Below, one piece after another: positions 1-8,704 of a stretch of DNA of 64,000 bases (within the stretch, counting starts at the first letter, position 1; each line of letters begins with the position of its first letter). Both the position numbers and the translations under genes were made by a program. The stretch is from a virus (Duplodnaviria; Caudoviricetes). The notes under the pieces were generated by a model. That model was not told the DNA's origin, did not search any database, and worked only from the letters and a program-made list of their open reading frames with translations. The stretch covers positions 1,411-65,410 of IMG/VR virus record IMGVR_UViG_3300005366_000001; one strand, written 5' to 3'.

Positions 1-162
1 GATCGTGCGACTGATCACGACTTGCGACGCTGCGAACGGTGGAATAACTTGTTTGATGACCGCCAGCAGGCGTACAACCCGTCACGGCCCTGTACGTGTA
101 TGCCCGATCCACGGTTCGCGCCTCGGTCTGAGCGCGAAGTAAAAGACGGTGAATCATCGTGA
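1..162 (+). CDS. Partial phage hypothetical protein (3' end), paralog of the N-terminus of 52145..52726
   Basis: Frame 1 reads DRATDHDLRRCERWNNLFDDRQQAYNPSRPCTCMPDPRFAP..., matching DRATDHDLRRCERWNSFDGDRQTYDNSRSCTCTPDPRFAP. Nt 1-45 are identical to 52160-52204. Confidence 0.75.
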   Translation, partial: DRATDHDLRRCERWNNLFDDRQQAYNPSRPCTCMPDPRFAPRSEREVKDGESS

Positions 163-300
163 GAACTAATCGCGCAGTGCTTCGAATGGCTGTCATTCTG
201 TCTGTCGATTGGCTGGAGCAAGTCAGATCTGGATCGACTTGGAGAACTTTGGTGGGAATACCACGATGATTACGGGAACCTGAAAGGCTCAACAACATGA
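159..300 (+). pseudogene. Frameshifted paralog of the small protein at 53905..54087
   Basis: GTG-RTNR, then after a frame change QCFEWLSFCLSIGWSKSDLDRLGELWWEYHDDYG, versus VRTSRAIRQCAEWLGYCLEIGWPKSALDQLEDLWWQYHDDYG. About 8 nt are missing near 174. Confidence 0.65.
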
Positions 301-473
301 GAGTTAAGCTTCTCCTCGCAATCGTCCTCTCGGTAATCGTCTCCGCGCTATTGACGATCATCATCGTGTCACACTCTCTCCCCGATCCCTGTATGGAGAG
401 CAAACCGGAGGCCCCAGACAGATCAGTCGGCAGCTATCCGATTAGACCGAGAGAAGAAAGGATCAAGCGGTGA
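297..473 (+). CDS. Small membrane-anchored protein (58 aa)
   Basis: Manual translation MRVKLLLAIVLSVIVSALLTIIIVSHSLPDPC...; overlapping ATGA/GTGA junctions with both neighbours. Confidence 0.6.
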   Translation: MRVKLLLAIVLSVIVSALLTIIIVSHSLPDPCMESKPEAPDRSVGSYPIRPREERIKR

Positions 474-634
474 ATAAACCTAATCTCACGCACTCGCTAC
501 CCTTACTGTTGAGTGTAGTTTTAATAATCCTAGTGCTGTTCATTGTAGCTAGTGGCCCCAAGCCGCAAACAGTTTTGAGGATCAACATCACAGAACAGGT
601 GAAGTGCAAAGGCGTGAAGTGTCCAAATGAGTAG
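470..634 (+). CDS. Small membrane-anchored protein (54 aa)
   Basis: Manual translation MNKPNLTHSLPLLLSVVLIILVLFIVASGPK...; coupled to the upstream gene. Confidence 0.55.
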   Translation: MNKPNLTHSLPLLLSVVLIILVLFIVASGPKPQTVLRINITEQVKCKGVKCPNE

Positions 635-1865
635 GGAGTTTCAAATGAGACGGATTAATGAGATTCGAGAGCAAGCGACGCTGACAAATCATTCTCTTGT
701 GGCGCTGGTGCGTAGCGGCAACGTGCAGGAGTTGGAGTTGCGCATTGTCGCAGCGCTCTCCCAGCTTAAAGACGGTGGAGCGGCGGCGATGTATGCACCG
801 TCGTCTTTGCGCGAGCTAAGCAGACTACTGGACGCGATTGAGCAAAGTATTCGCAGTCTGTCTCAACCGCTTGGACCAAACGAAACCGCAACGCGAGTGA
901 CACTGGCTGCTGACCACGGCTTGGCTTACGTGGCCGCGTTACGAGAACGATTATCGGCAGACTTCGCCACCGCCCCAACCGAGACGAGCGCGCGATGTCC
1001 TGACTGTGGACATGAATCGCTGTTTAGCGATGAAGGGACAGTACCCTGCCAGAAACCTGTCCGCAGACCTGAAAGCAAAGACAAGTCAACCACCGAGACA
1101 CATGCCGATGACTTTATAGCCTGCGGTTGCAAGTACGTATTCCCTGCATCAACTGAACAGGCGGGGGAGAGCGTTGTGCTGGTGCGCCGTGAAGACGCGG
1201 CAAGAGCGGCTGAGTTAGTCAACGACTCCGTCAAAGCGAAGGGCAAGTTTGCGGCAGCGATACTGATGATGCCGCCTTATCCTGCGCCGGACTGTCCGAT
1301 CTGCGGATACTCGATCGACAATCAAGGGCTTTGTGTTTTGGATGCTGCGCACACCGCCCCTGCTCCAGTAGCGCAACCAGAAGCCGATCCGTGTCCGCTG
1401 CATTCGCCTTGTGGTCAAGCTTGGCACGATTGGTTTGAGCGTGTAGGCGAACACGCGACCATTGATGTTGTGAACGCCACCGCCAACCTCGTTATTATCG
1501 AGCGCGAAATCCACGCAAGCACTACCACACCATCCACTACAGCAGTAGAAGCAGCAAGGGAGATCGCTGCGCTCCTGTTTGCCCATATCTTTCATCCGTC
1601 TGGCATGGGCGGTATCAGCGAAGAGCGCGAGGCCGAGATCGCCGCCATTATCTCTCGCTACTTACCAGTACAGCAACCAGAAGCCGATCCGTGTCCGCCG
1701 CACTCTCCCTGCGGTAAAGCATGGCATGAGTGGTTTGGACGCGTCGGCCAACATGCAACCATTGATGTTGTCAACGCTACCGCTACTCTCGTTATAAAAG
1801 AACGCGAAATTCACGAAAGCGCCACCACTGTTGGAAGCGCAACAAGAGAAATAAATCATGAGTGA
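627..1865 (+). CDS. Mosaic phage hypothetical protein with CxxC motifs and a duplicated ~52-aa module
   Basis: 412-aa ORF; CPDCG and CPICG motifs; QPEADPCP..HSPCG..WH.WF..VG.HATIDVVNATA occurs twice. Confidence 0.8.
   Translation: MSREFQMRRINEIREQATLTNHSLVALVRSGNVQELELRIVAALSQLKDGGAAAMYAPSSLRELSRLLDAIEQSIRSLSQPLGPNETATRVTLAADHGLAYVAALRERLSADFATAPTETSARCPDCGHESLFSDEGTVPCQKPVRRPESKDKSTTETHADDFIACGCKYVFPASTEQAGESVVLVRREDAARAAELVNDSVKAKGKFAAAILMMPPYPAPDCPICGYSIDNQGLCVLDAAHTAPAPVAQPEADPCPLHSPCGQAWHDWFERVGEHATIDVVNATANLVIIEREIHASTTTPSTTAVEAAREIAALLFAHIFHPSGMGGISEEREAEIAAIISRYLPVQQPEADPCPPHSPCGKAWHEWFGRVGQHATIDVVNATATLVIKEREIHESATTVGSATREINHE
1365..1826 (+). repeat. Intragenic direct repeat of ~160 bp (1365-1526 and 1665-1826, offset exactly 300 nt)
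   Basis: Visual alignment; many differences fall at synonymous third positions. Confidence 0.9.
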
Positions 1866-2064
1866 ACCAAAGAGCTTATACGATTCGATAGGTGCACTGA
1901 TTGATGCGTGGGCGTTGCTTCCCAATGACCTGAAAAGCGATCTGCGAGAGGCGTCACCTGCGTTTACTGGAGCGATAGAGGGCATCTCTGGCGCAATGGA
2001 ATTCTACGGTAGTTTTGGCCCCGCTGCGAAAGATGCCGATGCCTCAAATGGTCGCGCAACGTAA
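1858..2064 (+). CDS. Hypothetical protein
   Basis: 68-aa ORF overlapping the upstream stop. Confidence 0.6.
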   Translation: MSEPKSLYDSIGALIDAWALLPNDLKSDLREASPAFTGAIEGISGAMEFYGSFGPAAKDADASNGRAT

Positions 2065-2137
2065 ATCTATACGCCACAAGCCTAACTGTGATAATGTGCA
2101 GGCCCAAGAGTAGGCCTTTTCACCCTGAGGACACTGT

Positions 2138-2644
2138 ATGAATCGCAGAACACTATTAAAAACAGGCAGCGTAGGAGCACTTGGCTTTCTAACGCTTGGC
2201 GCGAAGGGCTGTGGTAAGAACCTCTCGACTTATGTGAACGTGGTTATTAGTACGCTGCAAGAGTTAAGCCCTCTTTTGCCCGGTCAGGCCCAGTTTATCT
2301 CCAAGGCAGTCGGCATAGCAAAAACATTTGACGATGCTTATCGTGCCGGCAAGTTCATGGATGCGACTGCGTTGTTTGAGAATCTCGCTGGAGTGATTAG
2401 CCAGATTGCGGACTCAGCCGGACTATCCAGCCCTTCGGTGAAAGTAGCGATCGCGGTTGTTAGTATTGCAATGAGAGGGATTGCAGTGTTGCTGAAAGAC
2501 CAGACATCAGATCCGACTATCGCGGCGATTGTGAGTGAAAGCGCGAGCAAGAATCCGGCCGTCAGGCGTCAGAAGTCGCTGGTTGAGAAACTCGCAGACG
2601 AGAAAGAGATCGATGCTCTGTTTGCGGAGGCTGTACCGCGATGA
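2138..2644 (+). CDS. Putative Tat-exported lipoprotein
   Basis: MNRRTLLK twin-arginine motif, hydrophobic stretch, lipobox-like AKG-C; GAGG RBS. Confidence 0.7.
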   Translation: MNRRTLLKTGSVGALGFLTLGAKGCGKNLSTYVNVVISTLQELSPLLPGQAQFISKAVGIAKTFDDAYRAGKFMDATALFENLAGVISQIADSAGLSSPSVKVAIAVVSIAMRGIAVLLKDQTSDPTIAAIVSESASKNPAVRRQKSLVEKLADEKEIDALFAEAVPR

Positions 2645-3039
2645 CCGCATTTCTTCTCTTCTTCATTTTCTCAGTTCCACAGGAGCCGAAGATCATCAGT
2701 TGTGTAGTGACGGTACCGCGGCAAGCGATTACCTGTGATGGTCATAGACTTCTGGATGTAACTGTTCTCTCTGCGGAACAGTTAGACGAATGGGAGTTAG
2801 TCGCCCCGATGCAGGGGGAATCTCCAAACTCTGACGCGCCGTTATCAAAGCACTCTCTCAAGAAAGGCGACAAGGTTAAGCTGTTAGTCGAAGCGGATGG
2901 TATGACACCCATTGCGAACTGCAAGGTAAGAGTGTGGCGCAAGCTAAAGGATTACACCTTAAGTCATCCCGGCGATCGCGTACCGTTTACGCTACGAACT
3001 GAGCCCGATGATTGTCAGCCTTGGTATGGGAAGAATTGA
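2641..3039 (+). CDS. Secreted hypothetical protein
   Basis: Hydrophobic N-terminus, 4 Cys; ATGA overlap with the upstream gene. Confidence 0.6.
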   Translation: MTAFLLFFIFSVPQEPKIISCVVTVPRQAITCDGHRLLDVTVLSAEQLDEWELVAPMQGESPNSDAPLSKHSLKKGDKVKLLVEADGMTPIANCKVRVWRKLKDYTLSHPGDRVPFTLRTEPDDCQPWYGKN

Positions 3040-3041
3040 AA

Positions 3042-3383
3042 ATGATGTCAAACCCATTCCGCAAGCCGCAAGTCCAACACTTTGAGTTCGGACCCGAGTC
3101 CGCAAAGCAGATCGAACGGCTCATCAAGGCCGTTAGTGATAACCCACCAATAGGCGAAACCTCCGTCGCGCAGAAGTTGGACGCGATCATTGAAATGCTT
3201 CGCTCACAAGCGAACGTGGCGGCGGATCTTGCGCTCGTCAAAGAGGAACTGAGCATCGTTCACGGTCTGCTAGACGACTTGGTTAATGCCGATCCTGAGA
3301 AGATTAAGGAATTAGCCGCGAGTGTTAAAGCAGTTCGTGAAAAACTACAAACATCTGTTGATAATCAAACAAAGGAGACTTAA
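3042..3383 (+). CDS. Coiled-coil hypothetical protein
   Basis: ORF 3012..3383, more likely starting at ATG 3042; helical composition. Confidence 0.65.
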   Translation: MMSNPFRKPQVQHFEFGPESAKQIERLIKAVSDNPPIGETSVAQKLDAIIEMLRSQANVAADLALVKEELSIVHGLLDDLVNADPEKIKELAASVKAVREKLQTSVDNQTKET

Positions 3384-3388
3384 ACGAA

Positions 3389-3619
3389 ATGCCTGCTGAC
3401 TTTACGCCATTGGTAACTGAGGTTACCGATCTTACCACTGTTGCTGATTCCGCCGTTGCGTTAATGGATGGCTTTGACCAGCGATTGAAAGACGCTATTG
3501 CCGCTGACAATCTCGCAGACGACACGAACGTAGCTAAGCTGTCCGCAGACTTCAGTGCTCAGAAAACCAAGCTGGCTGACGCGGTCACGCGCAACACGCC
3601 CGCAGCGCCAACGACCTGA
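3389..3619 (+). CDS. Small helical phage protein
   Basis: 76 aa; AAGGAG RBS. Confidence 0.75.
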   Translation: MPADFTPLVTEVTDLTTVADSAVALMDGFDQRLKDAIAADNLADDTNVAKLSADFSAQKTKLADAVTRNTPAAPTT

Positions 3620-3706
3620 GAAAAGTTCACCTTTCGCCCTTCGGCTATCGGGGGAAACTTGTTTGGTAAGGCGATGGCTGGAGGGCGAATCGTTTATTTT
3701 CAACCT

Positions 3707-3952
3707 ATGAAAAGACTAATTACCTTCGCAGTATCCGCATTAATAGTCTTAAGCGTCGTGATCAGCACGCCAAAGAATGCGCGATTCTGCATGACTTGTG
3801 AGCAACAATGTATACAGGATTACGCTCAGTTAGTTGTAGACTGCTCGGCAGATGGCACACCTGTTTCCGTCTGTGAGACGCGCAACAAAGACTTCATGCG
3901 CACCTGCGGAGTGGTTATGTGCCCGGTGTGCTCGTGGTATGAGAACTATTAA
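3707..3952 (+). CDS. Small secreted cysteine-rich protein
   Basis: MKRLITFAVSALIVLSVV signal-like N-terminus; 8 Cys in the mature part. Confidence 0.65.
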   Translation: MKRLITFAVSALIVLSVVISTPKNARFCMTCEQQCIQDYAQLVVDCSADGTPVSVCETRNKDFMRTCGVVMCPVCSWYENY

Positions 3953-3981
3953 GGCTCTTTATCTGACCGGAGACAACGTGT

Positions 3982-4569
3982 TTGGCCGAACAGCGCACAG
4001 GGATGGGCGTAGACGCGATGGGCGGTCCTGTGATCGACCCGACAAAGAACGTCCTCGATCTAACCAACGCGGCCAACAAGCGGCAAGACGATCTGCGCGA
4101 GATGTACAACCGCTACATTGTGGCGGAGATAGGGCGGATAGAAGAAACAGTCAAGCGGGTTGAACAGCTTTCAGATCTAAGGGCCGAACATGCCCGAGAA
4201 GTGAATCTGATTCACCAAAGCCATGATAGAGAAATCCACAAGATGGAGCAGGACAAGCTGGCAGCGTTTCGAGCCAGCGATGAAATGGCCCGCATCACAG
4301 AGGCAAACAGAAGTCTTGCGGCGATTCAGGTAGTTGAGCGTACTCTGAACTCGACAGCAACCGCACTAGCGAGTCAGAACGCAGAAAACAACGTTGAAGT
4401 AAATCGCAGGCTGGCAGCACTTGAAAAATCAAGCTATGAAGGTGCGGGTAAAGGCACGGGCGCAAAGAATACAGTCGCCTATGTAGTGTTGGCAGTTGGT
4501 TTACTTGTTTCGCTGATAACAATCGGATCAGTAATAATAGCGATCGCATTCGCAATTCGCACAAAGTAG
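3982..4569 (+). CDS. Coiled-coil protein with C-terminal transmembrane helix (lysis-module candidate)
   Basis: Long helical region followed by VAYVVLAVGLLVSLITIGSVIIAIAF; GGAG RBS. Confidence 0.7.
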   Translation: MAEQRTGMGVDAMGGPVIDPTKNVLDLTNAANKRQDDLREMYNRYIVAEIGRIEETVKRVEQLSDLRAEHAREVNLIHQSHDREIHKMEQDKLAAFRASDEMARITEANRSLAAIQVVERTLNSTATALASQNAENNVEVNRRLAALEKSSYEGAGKGTGAKNTVAYVVLAVGLLVSLITIGSVIIAIAFAIRTK

Positions 4570-4603
4570 TTGAAACCACATAGAACAAGGAGCAACCTCC
4601 CAA

Positions 4604-4756
4604 ATGAGTAAACAACATGAAAGCAAACCATCGGATAGACCGGATCCGCAGCCGGATGCACCCGATCCTAAGGGGCCACCAGTCAAGCCTAGTGGGGATG
4701 TTGACGCGCCGGGTAAGAATCCGCCACCCCCGCCGCCACCGCCATCGGGAGGTTGA
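4604..4756 (+). CDS. 50-aa proline-rich peptide (not in the ORF track)
   Basis: AAGGAG upstream; MSKQHESKPSDRPDPQPDAPDPKGPPVKPSGDVDAPGKNPPPPPPPPSGG. Confidence 0.6.
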   Translation: MSKQHESKPSDRPDPQPDAPDPKGPPVKPSGDVDAPGKNPPPPPPPPSGG

Positions 4757-4760
4757 AAAC

Positions 4761-5258
4761 GTGCAGCCGATGATTAGTTCTGACTCAATCCGTGAAGTTT
4801 GGAAGGTCTCGGAGTGGAAGTGGAACATCGACAAAGGCTCGCCTTGGTGGAAACAGGCATTCTTTCACTACATCTTCCTTCCATTTCTGAACTTTTCTTT
4901 TGGGACCATGAAAGTCCCGGCTCCAAAGGAAGTAACCGTTGAAGCGGATGAACAGGGACGCATCAAACGTACCTACTCATGGTTTGAGGATATTGCAATC
5001 CTGCCAGATGAGGACATGGCCGATAATGCCTGTTTGACTGAACACCACGGCTATAAACGCATGGTTTACGGTCGCGTTGCGCCCTCAGAATCGGCCCAGT
5101 ATTCAGGAACGATATTCCCTCGCAAAAACAAGAACTCACATAAATGGGCCAATCCAGCATTGAGTTTGGTCATCAAAGATCGCAAACAGGACGAACTCAA
5201 GGATCAAACTCTAGCCTTAGCATTAACCAAACTGAATCAGGTACTTGACCGACGATGA
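4761..5258 (+). CDS. Hypothetical protein
   Basis: ORF 4617..5258. Its Arg/His-rich N-terminus is the shadow of the Pro-rich gene; GGAGG precedes GTG 4761. Confidence 0.65.
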   Translation: MQPMISSDSIREVWKVSEWKWNIDKGSPWWKQAFFHYIFLPFLNFSFGTMKVPAPKEVTVEADEQGRIKRTYSWFEDIAILPDEDMADNACLTEHHGYKRMVYGRVAPSESAQYSGTIFPRKNKNSHKWANPALSLVIKDRKQDELKDQTLALALTKLNQVLDRR

Positions 5259-5688
5259 GACGATGCAGCCCGATATACACGCTATTCCTCAAAGCCTCGC
5301 ACAAGTGTTCTGGCTTGTGCTTGCATCGTCCCTTGGATGGATAGGTGGCTGGCTGACTCGACGCAAGCGAGAGCCTCACGAGATTGCAAAGATCTCTGCG
5401 GAAACCCGACAGATTACGGTTAACACAGACGTGTCACTGATTCAGGCTGCTACTGCCGCAATCTCGAAAGCCGAGCGTCTTCAAGACGAGAGGGACCACT
5501 GGGAGCGTAAAGCAACTGACCTAATGTTAGACCTCGAAGACTCACGCAATGCCAACGCAGAAAAGGACATCCGCTTAAAACTGCACGAGTACCAGATGAA
5601 GCGAATGAAGGGGCTTTTGGACGCTCATAGTATTAGCTATTCCGAGATGGACACGCCGCGGATCTCTGACTCAACGGATACCCACTAA
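5245..5688 (+). CDS. N-terminal TM plus coiled-coil protein (holin/spanin-like candidate)
   Basis: VFWLVLASSLGWIGGWLTRRKR followed by a coiled coil. Confidence 0.6.
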   Translation: MTDDETMQPDIHAIPQSLAQVFWLVLASSLGWIGGWLTRRKREPHEIAKISAETRQITVNTDVSLIQAATAAISKAERLQDERDHWERKATDLMLDLEDSRNANAEKDIRLKLHEYQMKRMKGLLDAHSISYSEMDTPRISDSTDTH

Positions 5689-5694
5689 AACACA

Positions 5695-5719
5695 AAAGCC
5701 AGAGAATTTCTCCTCTGGC
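5695..5719 (-). terminator. Intrinsic terminator
   Basis: GCCAGAG/CTCTGGC stem preceded by AAAA on + (a U-tract on -), between convergent genes. Confidence 0.55.
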
Positions 5720-5767
5720 GTCAATTTCTAAGTTATTATCTGCAACAGAAAAGGCCAGCCGTGAAGC

Positions 5768-6168
5768 TCATTTTCCCTGAGACCTATCAAGGTAGGTTAC
5801 CGCGCTGATAAGACTGTCACGCCGATCTTTGAAGCACCCAAGCCCTATGTTGCAGGGAGAACAGAGTAGTCCGCGCACATAGCCGGTGGCGTGATCGTGG
5901 TCCACCCCCGCAACTCGCTACAGATAGCACATCTACGTCCTTGCGTTTCGTACCGGCGCTTATAAGAGAAATAGGTCAGCCCGTATTGTCTTAGTCGTTC
6001 ATCGATGCGAATGCGCCAAGGAGGGGCCGCGGGCGGCGCGTCTTTAATTCCGCGCAAGGTAGCGCACTCCATGCAGAAGGTCTTGCCCCTAAACAGGCAG
6101 AGAGGTAGATTCTTAATGCAACCGGGGCACAGTTTTTTGGATTCTATGTTAGATTCAGCCGAAGCCAT
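5768..6168 (-). pseudogene. Recombination endonuclease VII-family nuclease, frameshifted
   Basis: YGLT...QGRRCAIC in one frame; [27 protein letters not shown] continues in another frame after a G5 run near 5905-5909. Confidence 0.8.
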
Positions 6169-6463
6169 TTGGTCGCGATCTCCTAACAGATTGCGAAGGA
6201 TGGTAGAGCGGTCAGATCGTTTCAGGCGTTCTGACCGCTCGCATTGTAGCACACGGGGTAAAAGTCGGGGTATGCCTGTTTCTTGTGTTGGCTGTGGCGG
6301 AAAAAAGAAACGAACAGCGCTATTTTGCAAAAAGTGTCGATTTGGCTATTTAGCGGCACGGCGCGCAGAAGCCGAATTGGACGATATGTTTATGAGTGCA
6401 GTTGAACGCGATTAACGCTTTTCTCTTTCACCAAAGCAGAGTAATGCCTTATAGTGCGAGAGC

Positions 6464-8512
6464 ATGAGCCTTCCCCTAACCTTCGTTAAGGCAATTTTAG
6501 TTTCACTTGCGGTTGTGTTCTTTGTTGTTGCTCCGCGAGTTACGCTATCGCCTTTTGGAAGCACCTATTACGTCTCACCGCAAGGCAGCGATACTAACGA
6601 CGGCTCTTTTGAGCAGCCGTGGAAGACATTGAATAAAGCCTGTGCGGCCGTCGCTTCAGGATCTACAATCATCATGCGTGGCGGTTCATATCCAGATAAC
6701 TACTGTCACGGCACAACCCCCAACATCATACTAAAGGCATCAACCGGGGAGATACCTGTTATTACCGGAAATCCTACCTATGGCATGTTTTTGAATTTGA
6801 GTTCTGGCTGGATAGTGGATGGGATAACGATCTCTGACACGGCCGTGTCAACTTCAGTTCAGGTAAGTATTCAAGGAGCGGGAACGATATTGAGAAATTC
6901 TCGCCTGAAGAACAACGCAGGTGACACGATGGTCCGCGTACTCAGCTCGAGCTCGATCACGATTGAGAACTGTGTTTTTGATACCACCGGCGGCGATCTC
7001 GTGCCCACTGATACGACTTCAGGATTTGGCGCGGGAGATCATATTTACGTCTTAGGATCGCATCACGTACTCATCCAGGGAAATCAATTCTCGCGCGCCG
7101 GCCACGCCGCAATGGACATTATAAACTCTGGCAGTGGCACGAGTGATCCGGCTTTTGTCGCTAGTCACGACATCGTGATTCGCCGTAATCGAATTGAACA
7201 GCATTGGGGTGGCGGAATCTATATTTCTCGAGGCTCTTATCGCACACTGGTCGAAGAGAATGAGATCTACTACGCTGGTGAAGGTGTGACATCCTATCCC
7301 AAGACTGGGCTGCAAATTGCCGGCGAGTCAGGCATCTGGCGTCGCAACATCATTGGCTGGCCTAGTGTTTCACCAATGGCGAATACGGGAATAACCGTTG
7401 CAGGTTACTACTACGGCGGAATCATTCAGAACGTCAGACTGAATCGCGTATACAACAACGTGGTCTATAAAGCAGGCTGGATGCCTTTCATTTTGATTCA
7501 GAAGGATGATTCAGCAGCAACCCAAAACAAGTTCGCCAACAACGTCTTCTACTACTCTCGGCTCGCTGGAATAAAGAATCCGTATTGGCCAGACGGGTCA
7601 ACCTATCTCGGCTTCGACACCTATCATGCCAATGTGCAGTGGACCGACTTCCCACATGAGAACTACTTCCTTGGCAACGACATCCTGCATGCAGACGCGA
7701 GTGGGGATAAGCCTGACAACCCACGCATTATCTATCACCAGTCTCGAGAGGTTGCCGATCTTGCTTATTCCCTTACACAAGCCGAGCAGCAATTCCCTGG
7801 ATTCTTTGTGAGCAACCGCGCAGTCAACCCACAATTTGTCAACGCCGATGCAAGGGACTTCCGCTTAGCTAGTGGCTCGCCAATGATTGACTCTGGAGTA
7901 TCGCTTGCACGCACAACGGGAGCTGGAAATAGTAACGTCATTCCGATGGATGATCCGTACTGGTTTTCTGATGGATTTGGCGTAATCACGGGAGACGTGA
8001 TTCGCATTGGAACTGCAACAGCAACGATTACAAACGTAGACTTAGCAGGAAAGAAATTGACGGTTGATCATGCTGTGACGTTTGAATCAGGAGCGGCGGT
8101 TAATTTGGATTATCGGGGGGCAGGACTGGACGTGGGCGCGATTGAGAGCGGAGGCGGAACTACAAGTCCAAGCCCAACACCAACACCGTCTGCAAGTCCG
8201 ACGCCCTCGCCGATTCCGAGTCCGTCTCCTACTCCTGTACCTACTCCAACACCCTGTACAATGACAGTTGATAATCCAGTTGTGCCTCAGTGGGGTAACG
8301 GAAAATTAGTAGTAACGTTTGCTGGTATAACTCAACCGGGAAATGTGAGCGCGAGTGCGACCTCAGGACAGGTCACGGTGAGTCCGAGCTCTAGATTAGT
8401 GAGTGGAACATCAATGATCGCAGAGTTTCTACTCCAAGCAAAAAAGAAATCCAGCAGTGTTATAGTTACCGGACCATGTGGATCTAAAACTGTGATGGTG
8501 AATGTTCAGTGA
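6464..8512 (+). CDS. Right-handed beta-helix (pectin-lyase-like, DUF1565-type) protein with Pro/Ser/Thr linker and C-terminal Ig-like domain
   Basis: Signal/TM N-terminus, YYVSPQGSDTNDGSFEQPWKT motif, PbH-like repeats, DFRLASGSPMID, PSPTPTP linker. Confidence 0.8.
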   Translation: MSLPLTFVKAILVSLAVVFFVVAPRVTLSPFGSTYYVSPQGSDTNDGSFEQPWKTLNKACAAVASGSTIIMRGGSYPDNYCHGTTPNIILKASTGEIPVITGNPTYGMFLNLSSGWIVDGITISDTAVSTSVQVSIQGAGTILRNSRLKNNAGDTMVRVLSSSSITIENCVFDTTGGDLVPTDTTSGFGAGDHIYVLGSHHVLIQGNQFSRAGHAAMDIINSGSGTSDPAFVASHDIVIRRNRIEQHWGGGIYISRGSYRTLVEENEIYYAGEGVTSYPKTGLQIAGESGIWRRNIIGWPSVSPMANTGITVAGYYYGGIIQNVRLNRVYNNVVYKAGWMPFILIQKDDSAATQNKFANNVFYYSRLAGIKNPYWPDGSTYLGFDTYHANVQWTDFPHENYFLGNDILHADASGDKPDNPRIIYHQSREVADLAYSLTQAEQQFPGFFVSNRAVNPQFVNADARDFRLASGSPMIDSGVSLARTTGAGNSNVIPMDDPYWFSDGFGVITGDVIRIGTATATITNVDLAGKKLTVDHAVTFESGAAVNLDYRGAGLDVGAIESGGGTTSPSPTPTPSASPTPSPIPSPSPTPVPTPTPCTMTVDNPVVPQWGNGKLVVTFAGITQPGNVSASATSGQVTVSPSSRLVSGTSMIAEFLLQAKKKSSSVIVTGPCGSKTVMVNVQ

Positions 8513-8697
8513 ACGTTGAGTTTGAAATTAACCGACTCAGTCGTCAAGTTGAAAGCCTTAAACGTGAACTGAGGCAAAAGAGCAAGCTTTGGGACACAGT
8601 CTGCTCTGCACCTTGGCAAAGGTTTTTGTGGTTCCTGCAAGGGTTTAGATTGTGGCGTGTTGGTCGGTGGTATGGGAAGACAGACGGTTTGAAGTGA
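8509..8697 (+). CDS. Small hypothetical protein
   Basis: 62 aa; GTGA overlap with the upstream gene. Confidence 0.55.
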   Translation: MNVEFEINRLSRQVESLKRELRQKSKLWDTVCSAPWQRFLWFLQGFRLWRVGRWYGKTDGLK

Positions 8698-8704
8698 GGT
8701 AGTT

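Noticed and set aside
1-45. Terminal redundancy or circular overlap with 52160-52204
   Set aside because: The copies diverge after 45 nt while staying homologous, and unique sequence continues to 64000; this fits paralogy.
1365-1826. Diversity-generating retroelement TR/VR pair
   Set aside because: Mismatches are not adenine-specific, both copies are coding in one ORF, and no reverse transcriptase is present in the window.
6005-6415. 136-aa + strand ORF
   Set aside because: Mostly antisense to the endonuclease VII remnant; only the last ~48 codons (MPVSCVGCGG...) may be a real small gene.
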